Shown here piece by piece: positions 52,490 to 63,019 of a DNA stretch of 64,000 nucleotides. The position numbers and the translations under genes were made by a program. This stretch comes from Camelus ferus. Lineage: Eukaryota. Within the stretch, counting starts at the first letter, position 1. Each line of letters opens with the position of its first letter. Under the pieces are notes generated by a model. That model was not told the DNA's origin. It saw only the letters and a list, made by a program, of their open reading frames with translations, and made no database searches. Where the stretch lies: positions 8,124,001-8,188,000 of the forward strand of contig NC_045696.1 in assembly GCF_009834535.1 (NCBI RefSeq). Reading direction: 5' to 3'.

Positions 52490-52632
52490 CTAGTGTGTCT
52501 GTCAGTGCCATCCCAACACCAGCAGCTCCTGGGAACTTGTTAGAATGCACATTCTTGGGCCCCAGTTCTGGGCAATGTTTTGACACACCCTCCAGGTGAT
52601 TCTGACGCCCTCTAATATTTGAGAACCACTGG
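52490..52632 (+). mobile_element. MER5A (hAT-Charlie) relic
   Basis: accagcagctcctgggaacttgttagaatgcacattcttgggcccc...ccctccaggtgattctga...tttgagaaccactg. Confidence 0.75.
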
Positions 52633-52797
52633 TTTAGGTTCATCGCCCTCTCAGGCTAGCGTCTGGGTATAGCAAAATTGCTTAGCTCCAGTCCAGAACT
52701 AGACACTTCCTCACAGGGAGATTCTAATCGATGGTCCCTGAGTACAGAAATAGAATTGAACCACAATGCCAGGATCCATCCGTTCATTCCACAAGCG

Positions 52798-52803
52798 TTT
52801 ATT
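52798..52803 (-). terminator. CBR3: CBR3 polyadenylation signal AATAAA
   Basis: AATAAA begins 26 nt after the TGA. Confidence 0.7.
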
Positions 52804-52828
52804 AAACATCAAGTGTCAAAGCAGATAT

Positions 52829-53265
52829 TCACCAGTCTTGGACGACTTTGTCACGGACTAGCTGGCCATGAGGCTTGGTGGCATCTGGAGGCAGGAGGGC
52901 CAGGTAGACAGGGGTCTCAGCCCCCTCCTCTGCAGTCCGGGAGCCCTGAGCCCCAGTCATGTCTGTCTTCACCCACCCGGGGCAGCATGCATTCAGCAGA
53001 ATCCTGTCTGCTTTCCTCTTCTCATCCAGATGCCGGGCCAGGATTCTTGATAAGACTGTGACCCCCAACTTGGACACCCCATAAGCTGAGGTGGGCCAGC
53101 CTTCCCTCTCGTGCACCTCATTTTTTGTATCCTCCACAAACTTTTTCATGAGGTCCACCAGGTCTTCCTCTGTGAGTGTCTCGCATCGGAACTTCTCCTG
53201 AAGATCTTCACTGCAGTTTTCAAGGGCTTTGGAACCCTGTAAACTACTGATATTCACCACTCTGC
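52829..53265 (-). CDS. CBR3: Carbonyl reductase [NADPH] 3, exon 3
   Basis: ttcag|GC AGA GTG GTG...TGG TGA; 437 nt; catalytic S140 (NISS) and Y194xxxK198 (YGVSK); CBR3-type SEDLQEKF, VHEREGWP, RKADRIL. Confidence 0.96.
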
Positions 53266-53570
53266 CTGAAACAAAATAAAATATGGAAGCATGGCACAAG
53301 TAAACCATCATTGGTTGACTATTGACAAACACGTGATTGAGTCATGGTGCATGTTTACTTGCTGATTAAAAAAATAACTCTATACGGCACAAAAAAAATA
53401 CCTCCAAAAGGCAGTAAGACATGACTCAGGAAGGCACCAGTGGGTTTTAACGTTTTGTCCCTTATCCTGCCAAAAGGAAGAACGCATTTTCGTCTATAAC
53501 AAGTGCTAAAGAGCAACGATTCTCCACTAGGTGCGCAGGAGGTGGGTCTGTGGGAGAATCACCGGGCAGT

Positions 53571-53670
53571 TTTTTTTTTTTTTTTTTTTAAATGGAGGTG
53601 CCGAGGATTGAGCCCAGGACCTAGTGCATGCTAAGCATGTGCTCTACCAACTGAGCCATACCCACCCCTA
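53571..53670 (-). mobile_element. Vic-1-type tRNA-derived camelid SINE
   Basis: Reverse strand reads ggggtgggtatggctcagttggtagagcacatgcttagcatgcactaggtcctgggctcaatcctcggcacctccatt plus poly(A); A and B boxes; degenerate TSD. Confidence 0.85.
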
Positions 53671-54289
53671 CTAGGTAGTTTTATAAAACACATCCTGCCC
53701 CCTCTGCCCACACACACACACATCTCCTTAATGATGGTACCTTCACATGTGGAATGGGTTGATTCTCCATCCTGGTTTTGATTTTCATTGCTTTTTTAAG
53801 CCCATAGTTAAATAATTAACTATAATTAGTTAATGAGTTACTCTTGATATTAACAATGATTCACAGCTACTGAAGAGATGGCTCTGTTCATAAAATAAAA
53901 ATCACAGGCCAAAACCCATAAAACAATTTGAAGCATTGGTGGAAATCCCCAAACTAGTAAACATGTAAATTTACATTTTGTCCAACATCAAAAAACACCA
54001 AATTTGGAGGGTTCTTTTCTCACATATTATCCTGAATCCACAGCCTCTGCATCCAATAGGGTAACTGGATTTTATCTCATTTTCTAAGTGGTGTTCACCA
54101 CAGGGACACATCTGCAGGGTACCTCCCCCCAGCTCCACGCATGCTTAGATATCCTTGTGGGCCCAGCCTGACACAGGGATGCCCTCACTCTGTCCTTTAA
54201 CACAAGCCTCTCACTGAGCCCCCAGGTACCTAAGACTCTTAGCATTTTCTTTCCTTCCTTCTCTCTCTCCCTCTCTCTGGTAAAACATA

Positions 54290-54830
54290 AGTTCTTTCCC
54301 AACTTTTAATTTTGAAAACTTTGCAACCTACAGAGAAGTTGCAAGAATAGTTTAATAAATACCCATCTACCTTTCACCTAAGTGCACCAATTGTTAACAC
54401 TTGGCCACATTTGCTTTCTCTCTTTCTCTTAGTTGTAGACAGACATCGAAAACATTCACCCTAAACCCTGTAGTGTACGTAAGTCAGGGCATTCTCTTAC
54501 AGAACCGAAAATGTGGTCACACTCCAGACATTTATCAGGGTACAACACTATTGTCTGAAGTCTGTATTCGAATATCCCCAATTGTCTCAATAATCTTCCT
54601 GGATAAGTTTTTGGTTTGTTTTTATCCAAGACCCAGTGTGGGACCACAGATTGCATTTAGCTGTCCTATCTCTTTAGTCTGTTTTAATCTGGAGCAGGTG
54701 ACAGTGATCTTTTTAAAGAGTCTAAGCCGATATTTTGTAGTACTTCCCCCAATTTGGATTGGCTTTTTTTTTTTTTTATGGTAGATTCACTTCAATATTT
54801 TGGCCAGGAATTCTGCTTCAGGGATGTTGT
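54290..54830 (-). mobile_element. Old L1 (L1MC4/ME-like) 3' fragment
   Basis: ttttgaaaactttgcaacctacagagaagttgcaagaatag...caattgttaacacttggccacatttgct...ttgcatttagctgtc...tctttagtct. Confidence 0.6.
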
Positions 54831-55147
54831 GTTCTTCATTACTTTCTATGCAGCTTTGTTCTCAAGCACTTGGCTGCTACAAGGAATTAAATTCAGTGAG
54901 GAAAGGAAGTAAAGGAAAACACATTACAGGAGCTATTCTATGCTTTCAGTGGAACTAAAAAAATTCCTAAGAGGAAGAAGTGTCCTTTTTGATCTCAGGG
55001 CACACCTCTAGGGCGGAGGCAAAGGGGTGACAGTCAGTCGCAACAGCTAAATGGGTTCAGTCAGCCCAGCTGAGCCCAAACCACCACCACCACTGTTTGC
55101 TGAGGTCCAGAAACAATCCTCTCCGCGTTCTGGGAAAGGTGGGCAAG

Positions 55148-55166
55148 TAGCTCCATCTAGTGGCTG
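55148..55166 (-). promoter_or_regulatory. Candidate CTCF site in CBR3 intron 2
   Basis: Minus strand CAGCCACTAGATGGAGCTA matches the CTCF consensus. Confidence 0.5.
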
Positions 55167-56166
55167 AACAGTGGATTAACCTATTCACTCAGTCTTGAAC
55201 CAATAAGCAAGCTGGATAACTTTCTTTAAAGCGATTATAAAGCTAAATAAAGAGTGGCTTTTAAATCAGCTTTGTATGGGGAGAAGATGATTGCCTACAA
55301 ACCAGGAGGCAACGGTGATCAGCGTTTTGCTCTCCAGGTAAACATGAGGTTTATTGAAAACTCACTAATATTTTCAAGTGTTGTAAGCCAGATTCTCGCT
55401 TTGGGAATTACTCTTATGCAAAACTGGTTAAAGACAGTTATTCACCAGCTCTGGGTTGATCCGTGGGCCCCCACCCTCCCCAAAGCCTTCATTTATCGTT
55501 CGAAGTGGCTTGGTTTGCAATCATTTGGCTCTGTAATCCTTCCCCCACTGGAATTAACTCTCCTGATTTGATTGAAGGTTGAAGGCAAGAAACTTGGGTA
55601 TTGTTTCCAGCTCTATTACTACCTGGCCATGTTCACTTCTCTGGGCTTCAGCTTCTTTCTCTGTAAAGTGAAGGTGTAGGAATGTAAGTTTTCTTCAATA
55701 CCTTGCAGCTTTTAAATTCTGTGATTTTAAAATCCAGAGGGGGAAGCCTTCCTGACACTTGGTAAAAGACACCCTGCAAGGAAATACTATGCAGCTGTAA
55801 AGAAGAATAAGACAGCTTTCTGTCCTGATCTGGAAAGAGTCCCAGATGTAATAAGAGAAGAAAGCAAGGTGGCAAACATTGTTCTTAATGTCCTTTTTCT
55901 TGGTTTTTTGTTTGTTTGTTTTTGTAAGAAGGGGAGCAAAAAAATATATGCATTGAAGTTTGCTTAGATTTCCGTTTAAAATCCCCATCCTCGGCCCTGG
56001 GCACTCATCGACTCCATGTCCCTGGACGCAAAACTTCCTTGAGTGAGTACCTGCAACTCTACCTATGGGCTTTCTGATCCCATCCCACTAAGAAACCAAT
56101 AAAGAGAATTATCTGTGGGGGGCTGTGGATGGGTAGATGGGTGGAACTCTCACCATGCGTCTTTTT

Positions 56167-56304
56167 ATTTTATTTTATTTTTTTGGTAAAGTTTTTCCTT
56201 TTCTCCTTCTCCTTCTCCTTCTTTCTTTTTAATGGAGATACTGGAGATTGAACCCAGGATCTCATGCATGCTAAGCATATGTCCTAGTCCTGAGCTATTC
56301 CCAC
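56167..56304 (-). mobile_element. Vic-1-type camelid SINE
   Basis: aatggagatactggagattgaacccaggatctcatgcatgctaagc...tgagctattccc; 16-bp TSD caccatgc(g/a)tcttttt at 56151-56166 and 56305-56320. Confidence 0.85.
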
Positions 56305-57129
56305 CACCATGCATCTTTTTTAGATTTAAATATTTTTGCACTAGAGATCATATTTATTCAAAATGTTAAATTAAGAAAAGCACATTTCTGCTAAGAACCA
56401 CAGAGTTTTTCTTCCTAAGAATCACAGTTGACTTCTTGGGAAAGAAAATCGTCAAGGAAGCAAGCCTTCTCTCCCCACCTGCCAGCACAGTTGTCATTTA
56501 CACACTTAGGATTCTTTGTCAGCGATGGTCTCCCCCACTGGACTCAGTGCTCCATGGACAGGACTGTGTCCACAATGCTTCCTACTGTATCCCCGGCACC
56601 CAGCGTGATGCCTGGGTTACCGTAGGCACTCAAATCTTTGTGGAAAAGTAGTAAATGTTATTTATTGAATATTTGAAAGCATGGGCAAGATATTTCCTAA
56701 TAAATTTTCTTGGGGGGGGGGGATATTCTGAATCAGCTTGACAAATGTTGGTGCAAGGAAAAAGGAATATAGGAAAATTCATAATAATGCTAGAACAGAC
56801 CCTTTCCCCATCTCCTTGGGGAGCCGAGAAGGACTCACTGAAGTTGCTCAAAGGCAAGAGGCCTTCTGGGACTTGCAACACCTTATCATTCTAGGGTTGA
56901 GTTCATGACACAGGACCTAAGAGCATCGCCATGTATCACACATATCTTTCAATAGAGCTGAAACGTTCAGGTGAGGGAGCCAGGTACTATGAGAAAACAA
57001 TGCAATTTTCTATGTCCCCCCCCCCCACACACACAGAAATAGCATCCCTGGGTGATTCCTGAGGGACCGCCCAGGGGCTCACTCCTTGCTACAAGGATGC
57101 AGCCTGACAGTCAACACGGCTGAACTTAC

Positions 57130-57237
57130 CATGAGGTTTTATTATCGGCAGTAATTCTATGCAGACATTTCTCGTGGCAAAAAAGTTTGTCTTCAGCGTC
57201 ATCTCAGCTTGAATATCAAACGGCGTTGGATCATCAA
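57130..57237 (-). CDS. CBR3: Carbonyl reductase 3, exon 2
   Basis: aag|TT GAT GAT CCA ACG CCG TTT...CCT CAT G|gtaagt; 108 nt; DDPTPFDIQAEMTLKTNFFATRNVCIELLPIIKPH is CBR3-type. Confidence 0.96.
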
Positions 57238-58419
57238 CTTTCAAAAAGAGAAGAAAACAAAGTCATGCATTTCCCCCGGAAAGTCATTGACAAAGCGGAT
57301 CTCTCTCTAACTGAAGGCAGAACAAGCTACCTTTCAAGTGATTTTTTAAATCTCTGGGTCTGTGGGTCTCAGCCCTCAAGCGTGCATCTCAGTCGCCTGT
57401 AGGGCGGGTGCGCGCACACCTTTCTGGGCCCCGCCCCCGGAGTTTGGGCTCGAGAAGGTCCGGGGTGGGGCTCCGGAATTTGCTTTGGTAACGAGTTCCC
57501 AGGTAACGCTACAGCTACTGTTCTGGGAGCCACCCTTTGAGCAGCAGTGATCAAAGCCAGGAGTTCTCAATCTTGAAGGGCCATGGGAGGCACCTGGGGA
57601 TTCTGTTATTAGGCAGATTGTGATTCCGCGAGTGTAGGGCAAGGCGGGAGATTGTGCAGTTCCAGCGGGTGCGGCGGGTCGACCGCCCACACTTGGAGCG
57701 GCGAGAGCTTCCAGCTGACACGAGTGTTTCTCCGTGCGGTGTCCAGGAAGCCGGGTATTTATCCACCAATCCCTCAGCCCCGTCGGCTTGGGGGTGGGGT
57801 GCCGGCCACCTCCCGCTGCGCTCCAGACGGAGTTGCGGGTGCACAGCGCTGGCGAGTGCCCAAGGCCAAGGGGATGAACTTAACGCTTCACAATGCTTCA
57901 TTTCCCTACGCTCTGCCTCTTGGGTTTCTCTTCCCCACTACGCAGTAAGTGAGGCTGGCCTGTTTATTTCTACCCCCATCACTTGGCAGATCAATAACTT
58001 TCTTACTTGAGTAGCAGACTAAGTAAGCTCTAATTCCGCCCCCCCCCCCCAAGGGAAGATGCTACTAAAAACCACACTTCTATGTTTGACAACAAATAAA
58101 GCTTCCCTGGGGGTGGGAACGACTTTCGCTTCCTTTTTGCCGGAGCCTATCAAAGCTCTCCGTTAAACACTCTCAAGTCCACTAACGTGCAAGTGCGCGC
58201 TAATTGTGTCTCCGAGATTCACTTCCTGTCCGGAGCAGATGCCTCCCGGTGTCTGTGAATGCGCCCTTTCAAGGAAAGCGAAAGCGCAAAGTGAGTGTGG
58301 AGACCCTTGGCAGAGAAAATGTTTCTTGCATTAGAAAACTGATGAGCTTAGCAGGGTGTGGTCCCCTCCCTGGAGACCGATTCTTTAGCAAAGCGCAGCA
58401 GTTGACAGTTCTGGGAGGG

Positions 58420-59250
58420 CCCTAGGCTGCGCACAGGCCCGCACAGGCCAGTGGGCGGGCGGGGCGCGCTGTGCCCGGCAGCCGCGCCGGTCTTGCGCGA
58501 GGCGGACTGCTCCCGGGACTCCGGAGAGCGAGAACCCGCCACGGAAGGCGAGAGCTGCAAGCATCCCGAGGGCGGGAGCTGCCTTTCCGGATCACTCAAG
58601 TGGATGGCTGGGGGGGCTCCTGCGGCTCATTGCCCCGCACCCTCGGAGCGCCCGGGGGCCTCCCAACCCCGCACCTACTCTTGAAGGCGATGCCCGCGTT
58701 GTTGACCAGCACGTTGAGACCCCCGTACTCCTTGCGCAGGAAGTCGCGCAGGGCGCGGATGCTCTGCAGGTCGTCGATGTCCAGCTGATGGAAGCGCGGG
58801 CTCAGGCCCTCGGCCTGCAGCTGCTGCACGGCCGCCCGGCCCCGCGCCGGGTCCCGTGCGGTGAGCACCACGTCCCCCGAGAACTGCCGGCACAGGTCGC
58901 GCGTGATGGCGAAGCCGATGCCCTTGTTGGCCCCGGTCACCAGCGCCACGCGGGTGTAGGATGACATGGCTGGGTGCCCGGCGCGCGGTGCCCTTGGGTG
59001 GAGAGCAGACTGGACTGTGGGCCACCGGCGGTGCGCGCTGCGGAGGCCCGGCCACAGGCAGAGAAGCCAGGAAGAGCTGTGTTCTAGGATCCAGCGCTGT
59101 AACTTGTAGAGAACGAGGCTCTGGTCCTCCGTCCCTCCCCTCCGAGGAGGGGCTGTCTATTCCTGAAGGTTTCGTAACGCCCCATTCCCGGGTCCGCCCC
59201 CTCCCCGCGTTGCGCCCTTTTGTTCCCGCGTCTGAGCCAAGCGGTGGTCT
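58420..59250. promoter_or_regulatory. CpG island over CBR3 promoter and exon 1 (second CpG-rich patch at about 57400-57860)
   Basis: High CpG density; GC box (ccgcccc) near 59195. Confidence 0.85.
58679..58967 (-). CDS. CBR3: Carbonyl reductase 3, exon 1
   Basis: MSSYTRVALVTGANKGIG (SDR TGxxxGxG)...NNAGIAFK A|gtaggt; 289 nt; 289+108+437 = 834 nt = 277 aa + stop. Confidence 0.96.
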
Positions 59251-59569
59251 GGGGTTGGAGAGGTGGTTCCCTCAAAGCAAAACAACGGTGGTGGGTCGAT
59301 AGCGTCTAGAGATTTCACTGCAGTTGGATTGAAGAAACTATTGTTGGAGAACCCCAAAAGCAGAAAAACAAGTGCTGAGTAATTTTCTTGGGCGTGCGCC
59401 CGCAAAATGAGAATGTTTGGTTTTCCCTGAGTACAGTGAAATTATTTCGACACGGCAACTGCTTCTCAGGACGTAGATGCCGTTCCTTGCTTAAAAGAAA
59501 CTCAAGAGGGAATGAGAAAAAGGATCCTATGAGTAGATGCACAGGTGTGGGCCGGGTACCTCGCTCTGT

Positions 59570-59579
59570 GGGATTCCCC
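59570..59579. promoter_or_regulatory. Candidate NF-kB site upstream of CBR3
   Basis: GGGATTCCCC / GGGGAATCCC fits GGGRNNYYCC; about 600 bp upstream of the ATG. Confidence 0.45.
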
Positions 59580-59899
59580 GTGCGCCCCCAAGTGGGAGAG
59601 AATGTTTATGCAACTGTCACTGTGTGCCAATCCTCTTATCCGAATGTTTTTTATTCATCTTACATAACTCCTGTGGGTGCGAAGTGTGCATTTTAGGTTT
59701 GTCCAAAGAGGATACATATATATATATATTCTTTCAGTGAACTCTGTGCCAACAAAATTCAACTGAAAGTGAATCCCCAAAGGTGTGTCACGATGTGGAC
59801 AAGAAATTAGAACTCCCTCATCCACCTTCTTTAGCGTAAAAAAGATCCAAATATGTTTGATTAGGGACCTTGAGATTTATGGAGAGCTGTGATCTCATT

Positions 59900-60026
59900 A
59901 TGACTCAGCTTTTCCAGGGCACAGCTGGCTAAGCTGCCTGGGCTTGTCACCTTGACTCCATCACGGTGACAGTTGAGGTCACAAAGGTGGGCACCTGCTG
60001 TGTGTCGTCCCCTGCTGTGACTCAGC
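59900..60026. promoter_or_regulatory. Two ARE/AP-1 (NRF2-type) motifs upstream of CBR3
   Basis: ATGACTCAGC at 59900-59909 and GTGACTCAGC at 60017-60026. Confidence 0.5.
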
Positions 60027-60049
60027 CAGTATTTTCTTTTTTCCCCTTA

Positions 60050-60720
60050 AGATTATTTGGAATTCTATAATAAAGATACAGGGCTATTCAGCTTTTCTGT
60101 TTCTTCTTGAGTGAGCTTAATTCGTGTTTTTCAACAAATTTGTGTATTTCAACTAGGCTGTTGACCCTGACATGAAGTTTTTCATAATGTGCCCTTATCA
60201 ATCCTGATTATGGGTAATGATGTTACTTCTCTCACTCCTGATATTGGTAATTTGTGTCTCTCACTTTTTTCCCGATCTATTTAGAACTTTATCATTTTTG
60301 TTTCCTTAAGAAGATTTTGGTTTTTGACATTTTTCTTGATTTTTTTTCAGATTTTATTTCTGTTCTAATCTTTGTTTCCTCTCTTCTCACTTTGGATTTT
60401 ATTTGCTCTTTTTCTAGTTTCAAAAATATCTTTTATTTTTTTAACCACAGAAGCTGAGATGATTGATTTGAGATCTTTCTTTTCTAATATAGTGCTACAT
60501 TGTAAGTACTATATTAGTGGCCTCCCGTAAACATTGATATGTTGTGTTTTCAATTTCAATCAGTTTAAAATACTTCTTGATATCTTCTTTGACCAAGGGT
60601 ATTTAGAAGCATCTTTTTTAGCTTCCAAGGATTTGGGGGTTTTCTAGTAATCTTGCTGTTACTGATTTCTTAATTCTGTTGTAGTCAGGAAACATACTTT
60701 GTATGACTTGAATTCTTTTA
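60050..60720 (-). mobile_element. Ancient L1 ORF2 fragment
   Basis: T-rich antisense L1 motifs (ctattcagcttttctgtttcttcttgagtgag, ttcctgatattggtaatttgtgtc, atttgctctttttctagttt). Confidence 0.7.
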
Positions 60721-60961
60721 AAAGAGTTTTTAAAGCTGAGAGAGAGAGGTGAAAGCATATTTTCATACAATAGTAATGTCAAAGAGAGATAAAAACTGGC
60801 GACAGAAACAAAAAGAATAATTCAAGAGCAAAATGTGTAGGCAGGTGAATGCAGATGGGGTCCAGGGCTCAGATGGGGCTTGGCCTTGGAAGCAGGGCAT
60901 CTCTTGTACAGGAGGGAAGGCAGCGTGTGTGGGTTGAGTTGCGGGACATTAAGTGGCTCTC

Positions 60962-61124
60962 CTTTTTTAAAAAAAAATATTTAATTTTTATTGTTTAACT
61001 AGCTTATGGAGGGGCATACGTAACTGGGATTTGTTTTTTTTTTATTTTAATGGAGGTACTGGGGATTGAACCCAGGACCCATGAGTGCTGGGTGTTCTCT
61101 CTACCACTGAGCTATACACCCCCA
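60962..61124 (-). mobile_element. Vic-1-type camelid SINE with 3' extension
   Basis: aatggaggtactggggattgaacccaggacc...ctctaccactgagctatacacccc; TSD taagtggct at 60950-60958 and 61125-61133. Confidence 0.85.
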
Positions 61125-61310
61125 TAAGTGGCTTCCCTTGAGGGCATTATTTTCTCTTTGAAAGAGAGTGATTTGAGATCATTAACAAGAAGGAATGTTT
61201 TGGGAGAGTTGAGGAAAACAGTCATCTTGCAGAGTGGGAAACTGACTTTAATAGGGAGTTAGGCAGCATCACGGGGCAGAGTTGGGGGCCCATTTGAGAC
61301 CTGTGGTTAT

Positions 61311-62081
61311 TTTTTTTAAAACATTTTTTAATTGAATTATAGTCATTTTACAATGTTGTGTCAAATTCCAGTGTAGAGCACAATTTTTCAGTTATACCTG
61401 AACATACATATATTCATTGTCATTTTTTTTCATTGTGAGCTACCACAAGATCTTGTATATATTTCCCTGTGCTACACAGTATAATCTTGTTTATCTATTC
61501 TACATATGCCTGTCAGTATGTACAAATTTTGAACTCCCATTCTGTCCCTCCCCATCCCCCACCCCCTTGGCAACCACAAGTTTGTATTCTATGTCTATGA
61601 GTCTGTTTCAATTTTGTATTTAGGTCCTTCTTTTTTTTTTTTTTTTTTAGATTCCACATCTGAGCAATCTCATATGGTATTTTTCTTTCTCCTTCTGGCT
61701 TACTTCACTTAGAGTGACATTCTTCAGGAATATCCATGTTGCTGCAAATGGCGTTATGTTGTCGTTTTATGGCTGAATAGTATTCCATTGTATAAATATG
61801 CCACATCTTCTTTATCCAGTCATCTGTTGATGGACATTTAGGCTGTTTCCATGTCTTGGCTATTGTAAATAGTGCTGCTATGAACACTGGAGTGCAGGTG
61901 TCATCCTGAAGTAGGGTTCCTTCTGGATATATGCCCAGGAGTGGGATTTCTGGGTCATATGGTAAGTCTATTCCTAGTCTTTTGAGGAATCTCCATACTG
62001 TTTTCCACAGTGGCTGCACCAAACTGCATTCCCACCAGTAGTATAGGAGGGTTCCCTTTTCTCCACAGCCTCTCCAGCATT
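61311..62081 (-). mobile_element. Young 5'-truncated LINE-1, same family as 12161-13426
   Basis: [44 protein letters not shown] nearly identical to the other copy; 18-bp TSD tttgagacctgtggttat at 61293-61310 and 62082-62099. Confidence 0.93.
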
Positions 62082-62614
62082 TTTGAGACCTGTGGTTATA
62101 AATGTCAAGACAGCACCATCAGCCTCTTGCAATTCCCCCCCAGCATCGTCTGGCCCCCTGTGCAACCAGTGAAGTTGGAGGGCTAGTGTTTTGCCAGGGT
62201 CACACAACACAGTGAAAGGTGTTTGCAAAGAACAGATTGTAGTGTAGGGCTGTGGCCTCTAAGGTTAGAAGTAAGGACACTAGGAGTTCGGAGATTCATA
62301 ATAAGGGGGAAACAGTAGAGTTGATGGAACAGAGGGCAGCCCTGGAGGGGAAGGCTGGAGACTGGAGCCGATCTGGGTCCTGGGGGTCAGTGTGGGATGC
62401 TTTGAGATTGGGGTCTCAGAGTTGCAGGGATGAACCGCATGAAGGGGACAGGGAAATTGTGTTGGTGTGAAGGAGGTCAAGGGATACTGGATGGATCCTG
62501 CATGTGGCTACTGACCTCCTAGGTAAGGACAGGCGTGGAGGGAAGGAGATATTGAGCAAAGTGCTGGCCTCAAGGTGTGCGCTCCCTGCTGTCACTGCTC
62601 TGAAATTCTTGATT

Positions 62615-62639
62615 TGTGTGTGTGTGTGTGTGTGTGTGT
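62615..62639. repeat. (TG)12 microsatellite
   Basis: Read directly. Confidence 0.9.
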
Positions 62640-63019
62640 ACACACATGCGCGTGCGAGGAAGGGTCCCTATTTTCATTTTGCACTGGGCCCCACAAATTA
62701 TCAATGAAGGGGCATGTAGGGTGGTTGGGGGAAAGTCTGTTGCTCATATCAGTCGTTCCCAAATTTTTCATGTTAAAATCCCCTGGGGATCTTTAAAAAA
62801 GTGGCTCTGTCCCCAAACACTGTGATTTAATTGTGCTGGGGTGTGACCCAATCACTGGGAGTTTTAAAATCTCTCTAGTGATTCCAAAATGCAGCAAAGG
62901 TTGGGAGCCATTGGGTTATATAATGAGGAGAGTTAATTGGTTAAAAGTGATACAATCTTCAAAAAAGAGCTGGGATTTTTGCGAGAAAAGAGAAGAAAGG
63001 GTTTGGAGATGGCATCGGT

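Noticed and set aside
53524..53537. CTCF-like CCACTAGGTGCGC
   Set aside because: Lacks one G of the core GG, so it is a weak match.
53590..53670. tRNA gene
   Set aside because: Degenerate tRNA-like head with a poly(A) tail, TSD and related copies nearby, so it is a SINE.
52829..58967. Assignment as CBR1 or as a pseudogene
   Set aside because: Exon 2-3 sequence and adjacency to DOP1B indicate CBR3; the frame, splice sites and catalytic residues are intact.
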